64,000 nt of DNA from an uncultured Rivularia sp. GTDB lineage: Bacteria > Cyanobacteriota > Cyanobacteriia > Cyanobacteriales > Nostocaceae. The stretch spans positions 896,001 through 960,000 of the forward strand of contig OY762007.1 of the NCBI GenBank assembly GCA_963665115.1, written 5' to 3'. The translations under genes and the position numbers were made by a program. Positions within the stretch are counted from its first letter, which is position 1. Every line of letters begins with the position of its first letter. Under the pieces are notes generated by a model. It did no database searches, was not told the origin of the DNA, and saw nothing but the letters and a program-made list of their open reading frames with translations. Of the stretch, positions 31,987 through 43,191 are shown piece by piece.

Positions 31987-32152
31987 GGGAGATGGGGGGG
32001 GACAAGGTGACTTTTGAGATGGGGAAATGGGGAGAAAGTAGTTCATAACTTCTCACTTCTAACCATTAACTCATAATTTCTAATTCCTAACTCCTAACAA
32101 CTAACAACTAACAACTAACTACTAACTACTAACTACTAACTACTAATCTTAT

Positions 32153-33193
32153 ATGTCAGACCCTTTAATTTCAGTAATTATACCGACCTACGGGCGCGAG
32201 GAAGCGTTGCGGGATAGCATCGTGGATGTGCTTAAACAAGATTATTCTAATTATGAGGTTTTGGTGGTAGACCAAACTCCGAAGCATCAACCTGAAATTG
32301 AAGCTTATTTAGAAGAACAAGCTGATTCAGGTAAAATCCAATGGTATCGTTTGGATTGGGCAAGTTTACCGGGAGCGCGTAATTATGCGGTGCGGCGGTC
32401 TGCGGGTGAGATAATTTTATTTATCGATGATGATGTATTGTTAGAACCGGGATTTTTAGCGGCACACGCAAAAAATTATCAAAACCCAGAAATAGGAGCT
32501 GTTGGAGGAAGAGTCTTCGACCGCATGAAAATGGAAGATTCGGCTAAAGGTTATACCCAAGGGGAAGGTAATTATACAGAGTTAGAATATCTACCTCCTC
32601 AAGCAATGGACCCCGGAGTTGCTTGGTATTATATTGATTTAGTGCATACGACAAAACCCCAGGAAGTTTTAACTGCGAGGGGTTGCAATATGTCTTTCCG
32701 TCGCGAATTGTTTACTAAGCACGGATTGCATTTTGATGAAAGATTTCGTGGTAGTGCGGTGCGGGAAGAGTCAGATTTTTGCCTGCACATCCGTAAGACC
32801 GGGTATAAAATTTGGTACGACCCAGAAGCGCATTTAGTGCATTTAGGAGAAGAAACGGGTGGTTGCCACGATATCAGTACTCGTTCTACTAAATATCAAT
32901 ATACCTTCTATCACAATCATTTCTTACTGGGGTTAAATAACTTAACTGTCAATCAAGCTTTGCGTTTTTACGCTCGTTTGTTTGACTGTCATGTCTTGGG
33001 CAGACCTCCTTGTCACAAAAGCGGCTCTCCGATCAAAGTGTTAACTCGCGGCGTTTTTTATAGCTTAGGCTTTTTGAAGGCTTTAGGAACTAAAATTCAG
33101 TCATTATGGAATGACGGTCAAGTTTATACTCAGCAAGATAAGCAAATTGAAGTTGTAGAAACAAATTCTAGAAAACCTGTTGGAAGTTTCTGA
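32153..33193 (+). CDS. hpsN: Family 2 glycosyltransferase, HpsN-like
   Basis: ISVIIPTY, FIDDD, GCNMSFRRE and REESDFC; position in the cluster. Confidence 0.75.
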   Translation: MSDPLISVIIPTYGREEALRDSIVDVLKQDYSNYEVLVVDQTPKHQPEIEAYLEEQADSGKIQWYRLDWASLPGARNYAVRRSAGEIILFIDDDVLLEPGFLAAHAKNYQNPEIGAVGGRVFDRMKMEDSAKGYTQGEGNYTELEYLPPQAMDPGVAWYYIDLVHTTKPQEVLTARGCNMSFRRELFTKHGLHFDERFRGSAVREESDFCLHIRKTGYKIWYDPEAHLVHLGEETGGCHDISTRSTKYQYTFYHNHFLLGLNNLTVNQALRFYARLFDCHVLGRPPCHKSGSPIKVLTRGVFYSLGFLKALGTKIQSLWNDGQVYTQQDKQIEVVETNSRKPVGSF

Positions 33194-33412
33194 AAGTATT
33201 GATTATTAAACCTTACTAGACGCAGAGTACACAGAGTCAAGAAAAGCTCTGCTTTTTTAAGTAGGGAACTAGAGAGAAATAAAAAGCCCCCCTTAAAAAA
33301 GGGGGGTTGGGGGGATCTAAATATTTAAGGTTCTAATAAAAATTATTTAAAATTGCCTATTCCCTGTTCCCTATTCCCTACTCCCTTTAAATAAAAATTA
33401 TTCTCTAAAATT

Positions 33413-34585
33413 ATGAAAATACTAGTAGCCAGTCATACATATATAGTAGATTTAAACTGCGAAAAATTACGCGCTCTATCTCGATTGCAGCCAGATATAG
33501 AAGTAACGGTAGTAGTGCCTAAAAAATGGCGACCTGGGGGAGTTCAAAATAAAATTATCGAAACAGAATATCGCGATGAAGGTAATTTTCGCATAGTTCC
33601 GGTTTCTAATTTTAGTCAAAATCATCAAGGTTTACTTACTTTCGGTAGCGATTTAATAAATTTATTAGGAAAGTTTCGTCCTAACATTATTCATGTAGAA
33701 CAAGGTTCTAGAGGGTTGGCTTATGCACAAATGATTACTTTAAATGCATTTTTGGGACTTAAAGCAAAAAATGTCTTCTTTACCTGGTGGAATTTACCAT
33801 ATAATTTAAAATTTCCTGTTTCGGTATTAGAAAATTACAATCTTGATAACAGTCACGGAATTATTTCTGGAAACCAAGATGGTGCAGAAATATTGCGCGA
33901 TAGAGGATATGAAGGACCAATTAAAGTAATGCCGCAACTGGGTGTAGATGAAACTTTATTTACACCAAAATCTCAACCAGAATTAGCAAGCAAAGTTGGT
34001 CTTGAACCTGATGATTTTGTAATTGGTTTTGTCGGACGCTTTGTACCTGAAAAAGGTATCATGACGCTTTTAGATGCTTTAGTAAAAATCAAAGATAAAT
34101 CTTGGAAATTCTTGCTTTTGGGAAGAGGAGAGTTAAAAGAAGAAATATTGCAGAAAGCTGAAGAGAAAGGAATTAAAGACAGAATTATATTAATTGAAAG
34201 CGTTCCCCACGATCAAGTTGCAGACTATATAAATCTGATGAGTACTTTGATATTGCCATCAGAAACAACTTATAAATTTAAAACCTTAACTTCCGTTGGT
34301 TGGAAAGAACAATTTGGTCACGTAATCATTGAAGCAATGGCTTGTAAAGTACCCGTAATTGGTTCCGACTCCGGCGAAATTCCCCACGTAATTGGCGATG
34401 CGGGATTGATATTTCCAGAAGGTAATGCTGAAGAATTAGCCAATCGCTTGGAACAGTTAATAGACAACCCCGATTTAACCGAAAATCTCGCTCAAATGGG
34501 TTATGCAAAAGCAATGGCACAGTATACGAATATTGCTTTAGCCAAACAGCAATTGGAATTTTATCAAGAATTGGTTAGTGGGTAG
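33413..34585 (+). CDS. hpsO: Family 4 glycosyltransferase, HpsO-like
   Basis: MKILVASHTY, GFVGRFVPEKG and WKEQFGHVIIEAMAC. Confidence 0.75.
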   Translation: MKILVASHTYIVDLNCEKLRALSRLQPDIEVTVVVPKKWRPGGVQNKIIETEYRDEGNFRIVPVSNFSQNHQGLLTFGSDLINLLGKFRPNIIHVEQGSRGLAYAQMITLNAFLGLKAKNVFFTWWNLPYNLKFPVSVLENYNLDNSHGIISGNQDGAEILRDRGYEGPIKVMPQLGVDETLFTPKSQPELASKVGLEPDDFVIGFVGRFVPEKGIMTLLDALVKIKDKSWKFLLLGRGELKEEILQKAEEKGIKDRIILIESVPHDQVADYINLMSTLILPSETTYKFKTLTSVGWKEQFGHVIIEAMACKVPVIGSDSGEIPHVIGDAGLIFPEGNAEELANRLEQLIDNPDLTENLAQMGYAKAMAQYTNIALAKQQLEFYQELVSG

Positions 34586-34602
34586 TTGTTAGTAGTGCGA
34601 GC

Positions 34603-34758
34603 ATCTTGCTCGCTAGAAATATAACAATATCTTGCTCGCTAGAAATATAACAATATCTTGCTCGCTGGAAATATAATAATATCTTGCTCGCTAGAAATAT
34701 AATAATATCTTGTTCGCTGTAAATATAATAATATCTTGCTCGCTGGAAATATAAGAAC
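34603..34758 (+). repeat. 26-bp tandem repeat x6 derived from a REP-like hairpin arm
   Basis: atcttgctcgct(a/g)gaaatataa(c/t)aat repeated. Confidence 0.92.
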
Positions 34759-34961
34759 CGGAGCATCTAAATTATTTAAAGAAAAACTAGGGAGCAAGAT
34801 TTAAAGAAAAACTAGGGAGCAAGATGCTCCCACTACATATTTTTATGAAAGCTAAAAATATTATCAAAACAATTAGCAACTATAGCAGCTTTAAAAGAGT
34901 GCGTTATGCTCTGCGACAACACACCCTACAACTAACAACTAACCACTAACAACTAACAACT

Positions 34962-36147
34962 ATGAAAGTATTACAAATCGTTCCTTCAATTTCTCTAATT
35001 TACGGTGGCCCCCAGTCAAATGGTTTTGGGACTTGCACCTGCTCTAGCACGTCAAGGTGTAAAAGTTACCATTCTCACAACTGATAGTAATGGTGATACG
35101 GGACAAAAACCTTTGGATGTTCCGCTAAATTCTCCTATCGAACAAGATGGTTATGAAATTATTTATTTTAAATGTTCGCCGTTTCGTCGCTATAAGTTTT
35201 CTGTTGATTTATTGAAGTGGTTAAATAATCATGCTCATGAATACGATTTAGCTCATATTCATGCTTTATTTTCTCCTGTTAGTAGTACCGCTGCTGCTGT
35301 TTGTCGTGCTAAAAAACTACCTTATATTTTACGTCCTTTAGGAACTCTCGATCCAGCAGATTTAAGCAAGAAAAAGCAGTTAAAACAACTTTATGCAGCA
35401 GGTTTAGAACGTCCTAACATCGCAAAAGCTGCGGCAATTCACTTTACCAGCGAACAAGAAGCGAAAGTTTCTCATCGATTTGGGGTGACTACCAGAGATT
35501 TGGTAATTCCCCTTGGTGTGAAGGAAATGCAGGAATGTAGAGACGTTAAATTTAACCTCTCCAGTAAATTTGATATTCCCGACAACGTACCAAAAGTATT
35601 ATTTATGTCGCGAATTGACCCCAAAAAGGGATTAGATTTATTAATTCCGGCTTTAGAAAAACTTTTAAGTGAAGGGTTAGATTTTCATTTTGTTTTAGCT
35701 GGAACCAACCCTCAAGATCCTAGTTACGAACAAAAAATAGAGTCGCAAATTCAAGCTTCGCCTTTAGATAAACATACTACCATTACTGGTTTTGTTACCG
35801 GGGAATTAAAATCAGCTTTACTTGAATCAGCCGATTTATTCGTTCTACCTTCCTATTATGAAAACTTTGGTATTGCTGTAGCTGAAGCGATGGTAGCAGG
35901 AATCCCGGTAGTAATTTCAGACCAAGTGCATATTCATCAAGGAATTAGCGGTAGCGAATCTGGATGGGTAGGTACAACAAATACCTTGGGAATTGCAGAT
36001 TTAATCCGAGAAGCCTTGAAATATCCAGAAGAAAGACAGCGTAGGGGTTTGCTGGCAAGGAAATATGCATTATTGAACTATAGTTGGGATGCGATCGCGC
36101 AAAAAATAGTTGAGGCTTATCAAGATATTATTAAGGTCAAAGGTTAA
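34962..36147 (+). CDS. hpsP: Family 4 glycosyltransferase, HpsP-like; apparent +1 frameshift
   Basis: ATG at 34962 gives MKVLQIVPSISLIYGGP and joins SQMVLGLA if one C of 35009-35013 is removed; FMSRIDPKKG and ENFGIAVAEAM. Confidence 0.75.
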
Positions 36148-36401
36148 AGGTTAAAGGTAAGGAGTTAGGAGTGAGTAGTGAGTAGTTAGGAGTTAAGAAT
36201 TTTATTTCTACCTTGTCTCCTTGTCTCCCCTTCTCCCCATCTCCCCCTCTACCCTCTTCCCCATCTCCCCATTCCCTGTTCCCTAAAATACTTACATTAA
36301 GTTAGATATATGTTTAAATTAATTATCGGAAAGTTTAACAAAATATTTGTATACCAAAAAGTAAGCTGAAATAACGCGGTTTTAATAAAAGGAAATTGAT
36401 C

Positions 36402-37415
36402 ATGAGGAATAAATATAAGAGACAGCAGGTAGAGTCGAATCCACGGCGCTGGCTTTTAGAGATTTTATTCCCAGATAAAAAGTTTGATGGGCAATTTCAG
36501 AATCCTGGTACGGAAAAGATTTTTGATTTTGATGATGTGATGGCAATTGATAATCCAATTGCTTTTATTACTCAAGAAGTCGCTTATTACCCAGAAGGTG
36601 ACGATCGCGAATTATTTGCAGTGTTTATTCCTGGATTGGGGCAACCTGAAGAAATATCTTCAAAGAGAAGTAGGAGATATGCACAGACTTTAAATACTGG
36701 GGTTGCGAATCTGAATAATTCTTCTTTTCTCAAACAAAATCCTCTTTTTAAGTTTGTTAATCAATATTTAGATTGGATAGATGCTGCTATACATCGCATC
36801 GGTTTAGCTGGAAGTCCTGCAATTAGAAATACTGCGATTTTAATACTTCATGCGATAGAAAACGATAAGCCTGTTAATTTTTCAGGGGATAGTCATGGAA
36901 CAATTTTGTTAGCTCGCGCTATTAATCGTGCTAAAAGAAAGTTTGTTGGAAAACACGCAGCTTTTTGGAATTTTAAAGCGCGAAAAATTCAAGAAAAAAG
37001 ATGGGAAAATCGTACAGATCAACTAATTAATGTTTTTGCTTTTGGCAACAGCTATCAAAGATGGGTGAAAGGACCAAAATATATCATGGTATCAATTAAA
37101 GGTGATATAGTACCGGAAAAATTTGGCATGAATCGCAACATAGCCAATAAGCAAGGAAGAGACGATATCAAATTTATTATATTTGAGCGGATATTTGATA
37201 AAGGCAGTTTTGAAGCTCACAACATGATGTTTACAACCGAACTTTTGAGACAAACTTTTATTAAAAACAATATTACAATTGGTGATTTCGCTGGTTTATA
37301 TCATCAATTGAAAATGAGTAGTTTGAAACTTGTCACACTAAAAGAAGTTTCTTGGCCAGATGATATGGAAGATTATGTCTGGAATGAAGAAAGTCTTAAG
37401 GCAATTAGGAGTTAG
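36402..37415 (+). CDS. Hypothetical protein, possibly alpha/beta-hydrolase fold
   Basis: FIPGLG, GDSHG (GxSxG), GDIVP and a late AH motif. Confidence 0.55.
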   Translation: MRNKYKRQQVESNPRRWLLEILFPDKKFDGQFQNPGTEKIFDFDDVMAIDNPIAFITQEVAYYPEGDDRELFAVFIPGLGQPEEISSKRSRRYAQTLNTGVANLNNSSFLKQNPLFKFVNQYLDWIDAAIHRIGLAGSPAIRNTAILILHAIENDKPVNFSGDSHGTILLARAINRAKRKFVGKHAAFWNFKARKIQEKRWENRTDQLINVFAFGNSYQRWVKGPKYIMVSIKGDIVPEKFGMNRNIANKQGRDDIKFIIFERIFDKGSFEAHNMMFTTELLRQTFIKNNITIGDFAGLYHQLKMSSLKLVTLKEVSWPDDMEDYVWNEESLKAIRS

Positions 37416-37427
37416 GAGTTAGGCATT

Positions 37428-38072
37428 TTAATATGACTCCGATTTTTCAAGTTTAAATTTACCGCTTTTTTCTAATCCTTTCCAGTTGCTAGGTAAATTA
37501 GGTCCAACTATGTGAAATGGAGGATTTCCTTCGAGAATATGATATACAGCATATTTAGTTTTGGTGAAGTACATTCTGACGGGCAGGGATGCCCATCCCA
37601 CAAGACTTTCGGAATATAGCTTTGTACCTCATTTAGCTGCAAAGGGCTGTATATGTCTGGGATTTGATGAAAATCTACCGCAACATATTAATGCAACTGT
37701 AGTTAATTCTCCGTTCTCAGACTCTACGGTTACATTTATCCACTCTGGAATTTTACCTTCTATCCAAATTAAATTTACTACTTCTGCGGGAGTCTCAAAT
37801 TCATAAATTTCATCTTCCCAATCTCTTGTAATTCTTAATTCACCTTCTCTCATAACACTACAAATATGGTCATTAGAGCAATTTAGATAAACCTTAAATT
37901 GAATTCGATGGGGTAAATTATTAGTTACATATTGTTGAGTAAAGTCTCTTGCTCTATCTGCTGCTGTAATAAGACTATTTTCAAAATTATCTGGACTAAA
38001 ATCTAAGTTTTCATATACTTCATCATCAATTGGATTAACTTTAATTCCCTCAGCACTATATTTACTACTCAT
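37428..38072 (-). pseudogene. Hypothetical gene interrupted by a MITE
   Basis: Excising 37547-37649 plus one TA restores ...CCGRFSSNPRHIYHILEGNPPFHIVGPNLP...KSESY*. Confidence 0.85.
37547..37649. mobile_element. 103-bp MITE with imperfect ~28-bp terminal inverted repeats and TA target duplication
   Basis: TA|cagcatatttagttttggtgaagtaca...tgtacctcatttagctgcaaagggctg|TA, with internal hairpin gacgggcagggatgcccatc. Confidence 0.88.
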
Positions 38073-38135
38073 TATTACAGAAAATTATTATATATCTATT
38101 TTACCAATCCCCAATCCCCAATCCCCCATGCCCAA

Positions 38136-39254
38136 TTAGTTAGCTCTCTCCCACAATCTTTGAATTTCACCAAAAATCTTTGTATCTGGTGGTGCCGATT
38201 TTTTTACTGACAGATTAACTTCAGCACCGGGAATATTTTGATTCCAAGGGCTATTCGGAACGGTTTTTAAGTCTACTGAATTATTTGCGGGACGAAAACC
38301 ATACTGTACAAAGACTGCTTGTTGTTCTTTTTCTGTTAAGAAACCAAGGAATTTTTGAGCAGCATTTGCGGTTCCTCCGTCAACATTACGTTTTACTATT
38401 GCAGCGGTAGAAATTGTTTCAATTGTGGGGTTAAGATAATAAATTTGATAGGGTTTTCCTTGAGTTTTACGAGCTTGTTCCCAACGATGTAATGCTATGC
38501 TTTCATAAACTGTTGCGACATCGGCATCATTAGCACCTTTGGCAATGAATTCTTCTAATAAGATATCGGTAGAGCGTGGAGGTTGATAAACTGAACGTTT
38601 TACTAAACCAAATAATGATTCGACAGCGGTATTATTGAAAGTTGAACTGTTAAGCTTAGCACCAGCTTTTGATTGCGCCCATAAACTCATAGTTAATTGT
38701 CCGCTATTGGAACGAGTTGGGTTAGTGGTAACAAAATCAAAGCTTCCCCAATCGCTTGCTCCACCAACTCCACTCCAGTTAGCCGATTGCATGGCTTTTT
38801 CTACTCTATCCCAATTAAAACGTCCGTCGGGGAAAAGCACTTTACCTCTTTCTTGCCAAGCTATTCCTACTAATATTGTTTTGGCTATTGGTTGGGGTTT
38901 GTCGTAAAAAGGATTATCGGAATTAGTCGCTTGATAACGATTGGATAATTCTGTTAATTTCTCTCCGTTAGCTGGGATTAAGATAGTTGGGGTAAAGTCG
39001 TTTTGGTTGTCGATAAATTTATTAACTATCTCTTGAGAACCCTGGAATTTTAACTCTATTTTGATGTTCGGATTTTCTTGTTCAAATTGAGTTTCTAACT
39101 GTTTGAGAGGTTCTTGTAATTCCGAACCGCTGACGATGATTACTGTTTGCTGTAAACCGGGAATGGGAGCGTAAGCTAATCCTAATGAGGCTAGGATTAT
39201 TCCCAAGGAAGTAATCGTGCGGTTTCTTTTTTTGGTTTGAGATTTATTGTTCAT
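38136..39254 (-). CDS. Extracellular solute-binding-fold protein (SBP_bac_11-like), N-terminally anchored
   Basis: SGSELQE, TNPTRSNSG, ATVYES and GFRP; hydrophobic N-terminal segment. Confidence 0.78.
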   Translation of the reverse strand: MNNKSQTKKRNRTITSLGIILASLGLAYAPIPGLQQTVIIVSGSELQEPLKQLETQFEQENPNIKIELKFQGSQEIVNKFIDNQNDFTPTILIPANGEKLTELSNRYQATNSDNPFYDKPQPIAKTILVGIAWQERGKVLFPDGRFNWDRVEKAMQSANWSGVGGASDWGSFDFVTTNPTRSNSGQLTMSLWAQSKAGAKLNSSTFNNTAVESLFGLVKRSVYQPPRSTDILLEEFIAKGANDADVATVYESIALHRWEQARKTQGKPYQIYYLNPTIETISTAAIVKRNVDGGTANAAQKFLGFLTEKEQQAVFVQYGFRPANNSVDLKTVPNSPWNQNIPGAEVNLSVKKSAPPDTKIFGEIQRLWERAN

Positions 39255-39327
39255 AGGAATATCAAATAATCAGAACTGATAAATTTGTTTGTAATTATGA
39301 GGGATAAAGCCCCAACTACGAACTCGA

Positions 39328-41053
39328 TCAAAATTCAAGCTGTAAATTCGACATTAATTTTGAAATACTTTCTGGATCTCCTTTAGAATAATAACCACCG
39401 TTTAATTCAGCGATTGTCTTAAGTGCTTCGGGATTAAATTCTCGTTCATCTCCGTAACCAACTGTAAAAAATGCAATCCGTTTCTCGCTATTAAAACCAC
39501 TTTTTTGCAGTTCTTGTTTTAGCTGTTCTAAAGATGTTTCTGAAGTAGTATCGTCTCCATCTGTTAATATCAAAACTGCATTAATTGCATTCGGACGAAG
39601 ATTTTCTCCCAACCAGTTACGAGCGCTAATCGCTGCATCGTAAAGTCGAGTTCCACCTCCTGCTTCTAAACTACCGATAAACTGCATTCCTTTATCTCTT
39701 CCTTCGGGAGTTCCGTTTACTAATACGGGAGGACGAATTTCTTTGTCAAAATCAATTAAGGCAATTTGCTCTTTCGGCCCTAAACTATTAATATATGTCT
39801 GCAAAGTTCTCTGTACAGCAGGTAATTTTTCTCCCTCCATCGAACCCGAAGAATCAACTACTACAACTACTAAAGATGGCTTCTTAGCGACTTCCTGCCA
39901 GGATTTGAGCATTACTTCGACAACTTCTGGTTTTGGAGGTCGTAACGAATCATACTTCGCTTGGGGATTCACGCCAAATTCCGGTGAAAACTTTGCACCT
40001 AAAGGAATTCCGGGAATTCCTGGACGCAAACCCAAGTCAGTGGCGATTTTTTGCACTTGTGGCGATCGCAAGTAATCGATGAATTTTTCTGCTGCTGCTT
40101 TTTCATCGGTGTTTACCCAAGGTGCTTTAGGTAAAATGGCCCGCATATTTGAGGTGAATGTAGCTTTGGGATACACTGCTTGATAGCTTTGCTGTCCCGG
40201 CTGTAAGTGAGAATTTGCATCAATTACGCTTGATTCGTACACAGAGCCTACCGAAGCCCAGAATTGACCATTTTTGACCATCGACTTTGCTAAGGAACTT
40301 GTAGAAGTACCGTAACGAGTAATCTTAGTTTGAATCTGTTGAACCTGGGACTCAAATTTCTGGACATCAGCAGCCGTCATAGTTTCGGGGACGTTTACCT
40401 GATACGCTCGCAAACTGCGTGACTAAAGTTTGCAATCCTGAATTAGAACGAGTTGGGGCAGTATGAACGTAGTTTACTGGTAATAAAGGTGCTGAGGGGT
40501 CAATATCGCGATGATTTTTGGCGCTAACCAAAGCCTTGTAAGGATTATCAACTTTTTGTAGTCCTTTAGCAATATCCGCTTGCGCCATCAAAACCATTGG
40601 TGAATTAGCTAGTAAAGGGGATTCGGTAATTTCGGGAATATAATTTTGTCCGGGAAACAGTTGATTCATCTGGTAAATCAACCGACTTTGATAAATCTCA
40701 CCATCCACAGAAACAATCGTGGGAAATTCTGGTGATGATTCTTGTAAAGTACCATCTTTAAATTGAGTCGCCAGAGTTACTAATTTGCTAACAACATCAC
40801 CACTTCCCGCAGCTTCGCATTCCACCCGAAAAGCCTTACCATCATCTAACTGCGGTTTTGTAGCGTTGAAATCTTTTGCTGCTTGCTCGCAAAACTTTTC
40901 TAGAGCGCTGCCAACCAGGAATTTTATTTTTAAGCCATTGAAATTATCTAAATTATTTGTAGAATTATTTCCCCCACCGTCGCAAGCAGTCAGTAACAAG
41001 ATGCTGACAACTGTTGCAACATAAGCAACCAAGCGACGACATTTTAAAATCAT
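39328..41053 (-). CDS. Lipoprotein with SBP-fold domain and C-terminal vWA domain; apparent +1 frameshift
   Basis: Lipobox LTAC, TAPTRSNSG, VVDSSGSM, GGGTRLYDA and LTDG. The ORFs join if one G of 40387-40390 is removed. Confidence 0.85.
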
Positions 41054-41370
41054 GAATTTCTCCCAGTAAAGAATTAGTGTATTTGGGACTATGTATTATT
41101 TTTCTAGCAACAAGCATCTATATATATATCGGAGCAATGCGATTAATTTACGAGAATTATCGAAGAAGGAGTTAGGAGTTAGGAATTAGGAGTTAGGAGT
41201 TATCAATGCCCAATTACCCATTACCAATCCCCCATGCCCAATCCCCAATCCCCAATTAATTACATTTACGTTTTGTTTCAATCTGCTAAAACCGAATCCG
41301 AGAACCCGGTAATATGTGATGACTGCTTTTTTTAACACGCAAAACTTTCGGACTATCAGGTAATCTTCAT

Positions 41371-42009
41371 ATGGCTCTACGTCTCGGTGATACAGTTCCA
41401 AACTTTACTCAAGCTTCTAGTGAAGGAGAAATTGATTTTTACAAGTGGGCTGGGGATAGCTGGGTAGTGCTGTTTTCCCACCCTGCTGACTATACTCCCG
41501 TTTGCACTACTGAATTGGGTACCGTTGCCAAGTTAAAGCCGGAATTTGACAAGCGCAATGTTAAGACTATTGCTCTTAGCGTTGACGATACTGAATCTCA
41601 CAAGGGTTGGATTGGAGATATTGAGGAAACTCAAAGTACTAAGCTAAATTATCCAATTTTGGCCGACGATGATAAAAAGGTTTCTGACCTTTATGATATG
41701 ATTCACCCGAATGCTAACGCTAAGGTAACTGTGCGGACGGTGTTTATCATCGATCCAGATAAAAAATTACGTTTGAGTTTAACTTATCCTCCCAGCACCG
41801 GACGTAATTTTGATGAAATTTTACGGGTAATTGATTCTTTGCAATTGACTGATAATTACAGCGTTGCAACTCCTGCTGACTGGAAAGATGGCGATGATTG
41901 CGTTATTGTCCCCACTCTAAAAGATCCAGAAGTTCTCAAGGAGAAGTTTCCTAAAGGATATGAAGTGGTTAAGCCTTATTTGCGGATGACTCCTCAGCCT
42001 AATAAATAA
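41371..42009 (+). CDS. 1-Cys peroxiredoxin (Prx6 family)
   Basis: FSHPADYTPVCTTE and GRNFDEILRVIDSLQL. Confidence 0.95.
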   Translation: MALRLGDTVPNFTQASSEGEIDFYKWAGDSWVVLFSHPADYTPVCTTELGTVAKLKPEFDKRNVKTIALSVDDTESHKGWIGDIEETQSTKLNYPILADDDKKVSDLYDMIHPNANAKVTVRTVFIIDPDKKLRLSLTYPPSTGRNFDEILRVIDSLQLTDNYSVATPADWKDGDDCVIVPTLKDPEVLKEKFPKGYEVVKPYLRMTPQPNK

Positions 42010-42041
42010 TTTGTTGTTGAATTATCAATAATGTATTAAAT

Positions 42042-42187
42042 GTAGAGACGTAGCATTGCTACGTCTCTGTTATTTGGGTAAAAAACGAATTAATTTGATT
42101 TTGTTTGACTGGATTATCACAATGGGGAGTGGAAATATCCCGATACAACCATAAATACTGGGAGACGTAGCACTGCTACGTCTCTAC
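42042..42187. repeat. GTAG-type REP pair in inverted orientation (gtagagacgtagcaNtgctacgtctc)
   Basis: Copies at 42042-42068 and 42162-42187; the same family is at 51001-51026 and 51265-51289. Confidence 0.8.
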
Positions 42188-42304
42188 ACATATGTGGGTT
42201 ATCAAGGAAATTATTTGTTAAATAAATTTATTTATAAAAATTCCCCGTTCCCTTTTAACAAAATTGTCGTTCAAAATAGGAAATATAAGTCTAAGTAAAT
42301 AAAT

Positions 42305-42883
42305 ATGATGCTCTCGTCTCCTTTACTTTTACAATTTCCTTCATCAATGACAGATGAGCAGTTTTTTGAATTCTGTCAGATGAATCGCGATTTACGCATC
42401 GAACGCAATCAATATGGAGAAATATCTATTATGCCACCTACAGGTTCGGAAACTGGCAATCGTAATTTTAATATAGCTGGACAGTTATGGGTTTGGTCTG
42501 AAAAAGACGGTACTGGTATTTGCTTTGATTCAAGTACGGGATTTAAGTTGTCTACTGGTGCAGAACGTTCTCCCGATGCTTCTTGGATAACATTAGAACG
42601 CTGGAATAGTTTGTCGGCAGAAGAAAAACAAAGCTTTGCTCCTATATGTCCCAATTTTGTAATTGAATTAAGGTCAAGAACTGACAATCTTAAGCCTTTG
42701 CAGGAAAAGATGGAAGAATATATGCAGGAGCCTGGAATTCAATTAGGCTGGTTAATTGACCGTAAGAATAGAAGGGTTTACGTTTATCGTCCGCAATCGA
42801 TGGAATGTTTGGAAAATCCGGATACCGTTAGTGGTGAAGATGTATTACCGGGTTTTGTGTTGAATATGAGTAAGGTTTGGTGA
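42305..42883 (+). CDS. Uma2 family putative endonuclease
   Basis: DSSTGF, RSPDASW, PNFVIELRS and LGWLID. Confidence 0.92.
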   Translation: MMLSSPLLLQFPSSMTDEQFFEFCQMNRDLRIERNQYGEISIMPPTGSETGNRNFNIAGQLWVWSEKDGTGICFDSSTGFKLSTGAERSPDASWITLERWNSLSAEEKQSFAPICPNFVIELRSRTDNLKPLQEKMEEYMQEPGIQLGWLIDRKNRRVYVYRPQSMECLENPDTVSGEDVLPGFVLNMSKVW

Positions 42884-43191
42884 AACAGTTATCAGTGAGC
42901 AGTGAGCAGTGAGCAGTGAGCAGTTAATTATAATGGTTCTTCAATAGTCAGTATTTGAAAGATGGGAAAAGGTTCTGAAAATTTCTTCTGTTGCCTGTTC
43001 CCCATTCCCCATTCCCCGTTGCCTTTTTCTACAATATTTTTTCTTAGAAGATTAATCAACATCTAGAATTGTTCATTATTATATGAATAATTGATTTTTT
43101 TATTAAAAATAAAAGTTAAAAATAAAAAGTAATTTAAATTTTATGGCGATTTAAGTAGATTAGTTGACTTGAAAGAATTAGGGATTAGCGA

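Noticed and set aside
34603..34758. Possible CRISPR or iteron array
   Set aside because: Contiguous 26-bp units with no unique spacers and no rep gene nearby
37561..37806. 81-aa plus-strand ORF
   Set aside because: Begins inside the MITE and runs antisense to the interrupted gene
2316..40390. Programmed ribosomal frameshifting or genome decay as the cause of the split genes
   Set aside because: No consistent slippery heptamer or stimulatory structure, all are single +1 events in short runs, and essential genes are hit; sequencing error is the simpler explanation
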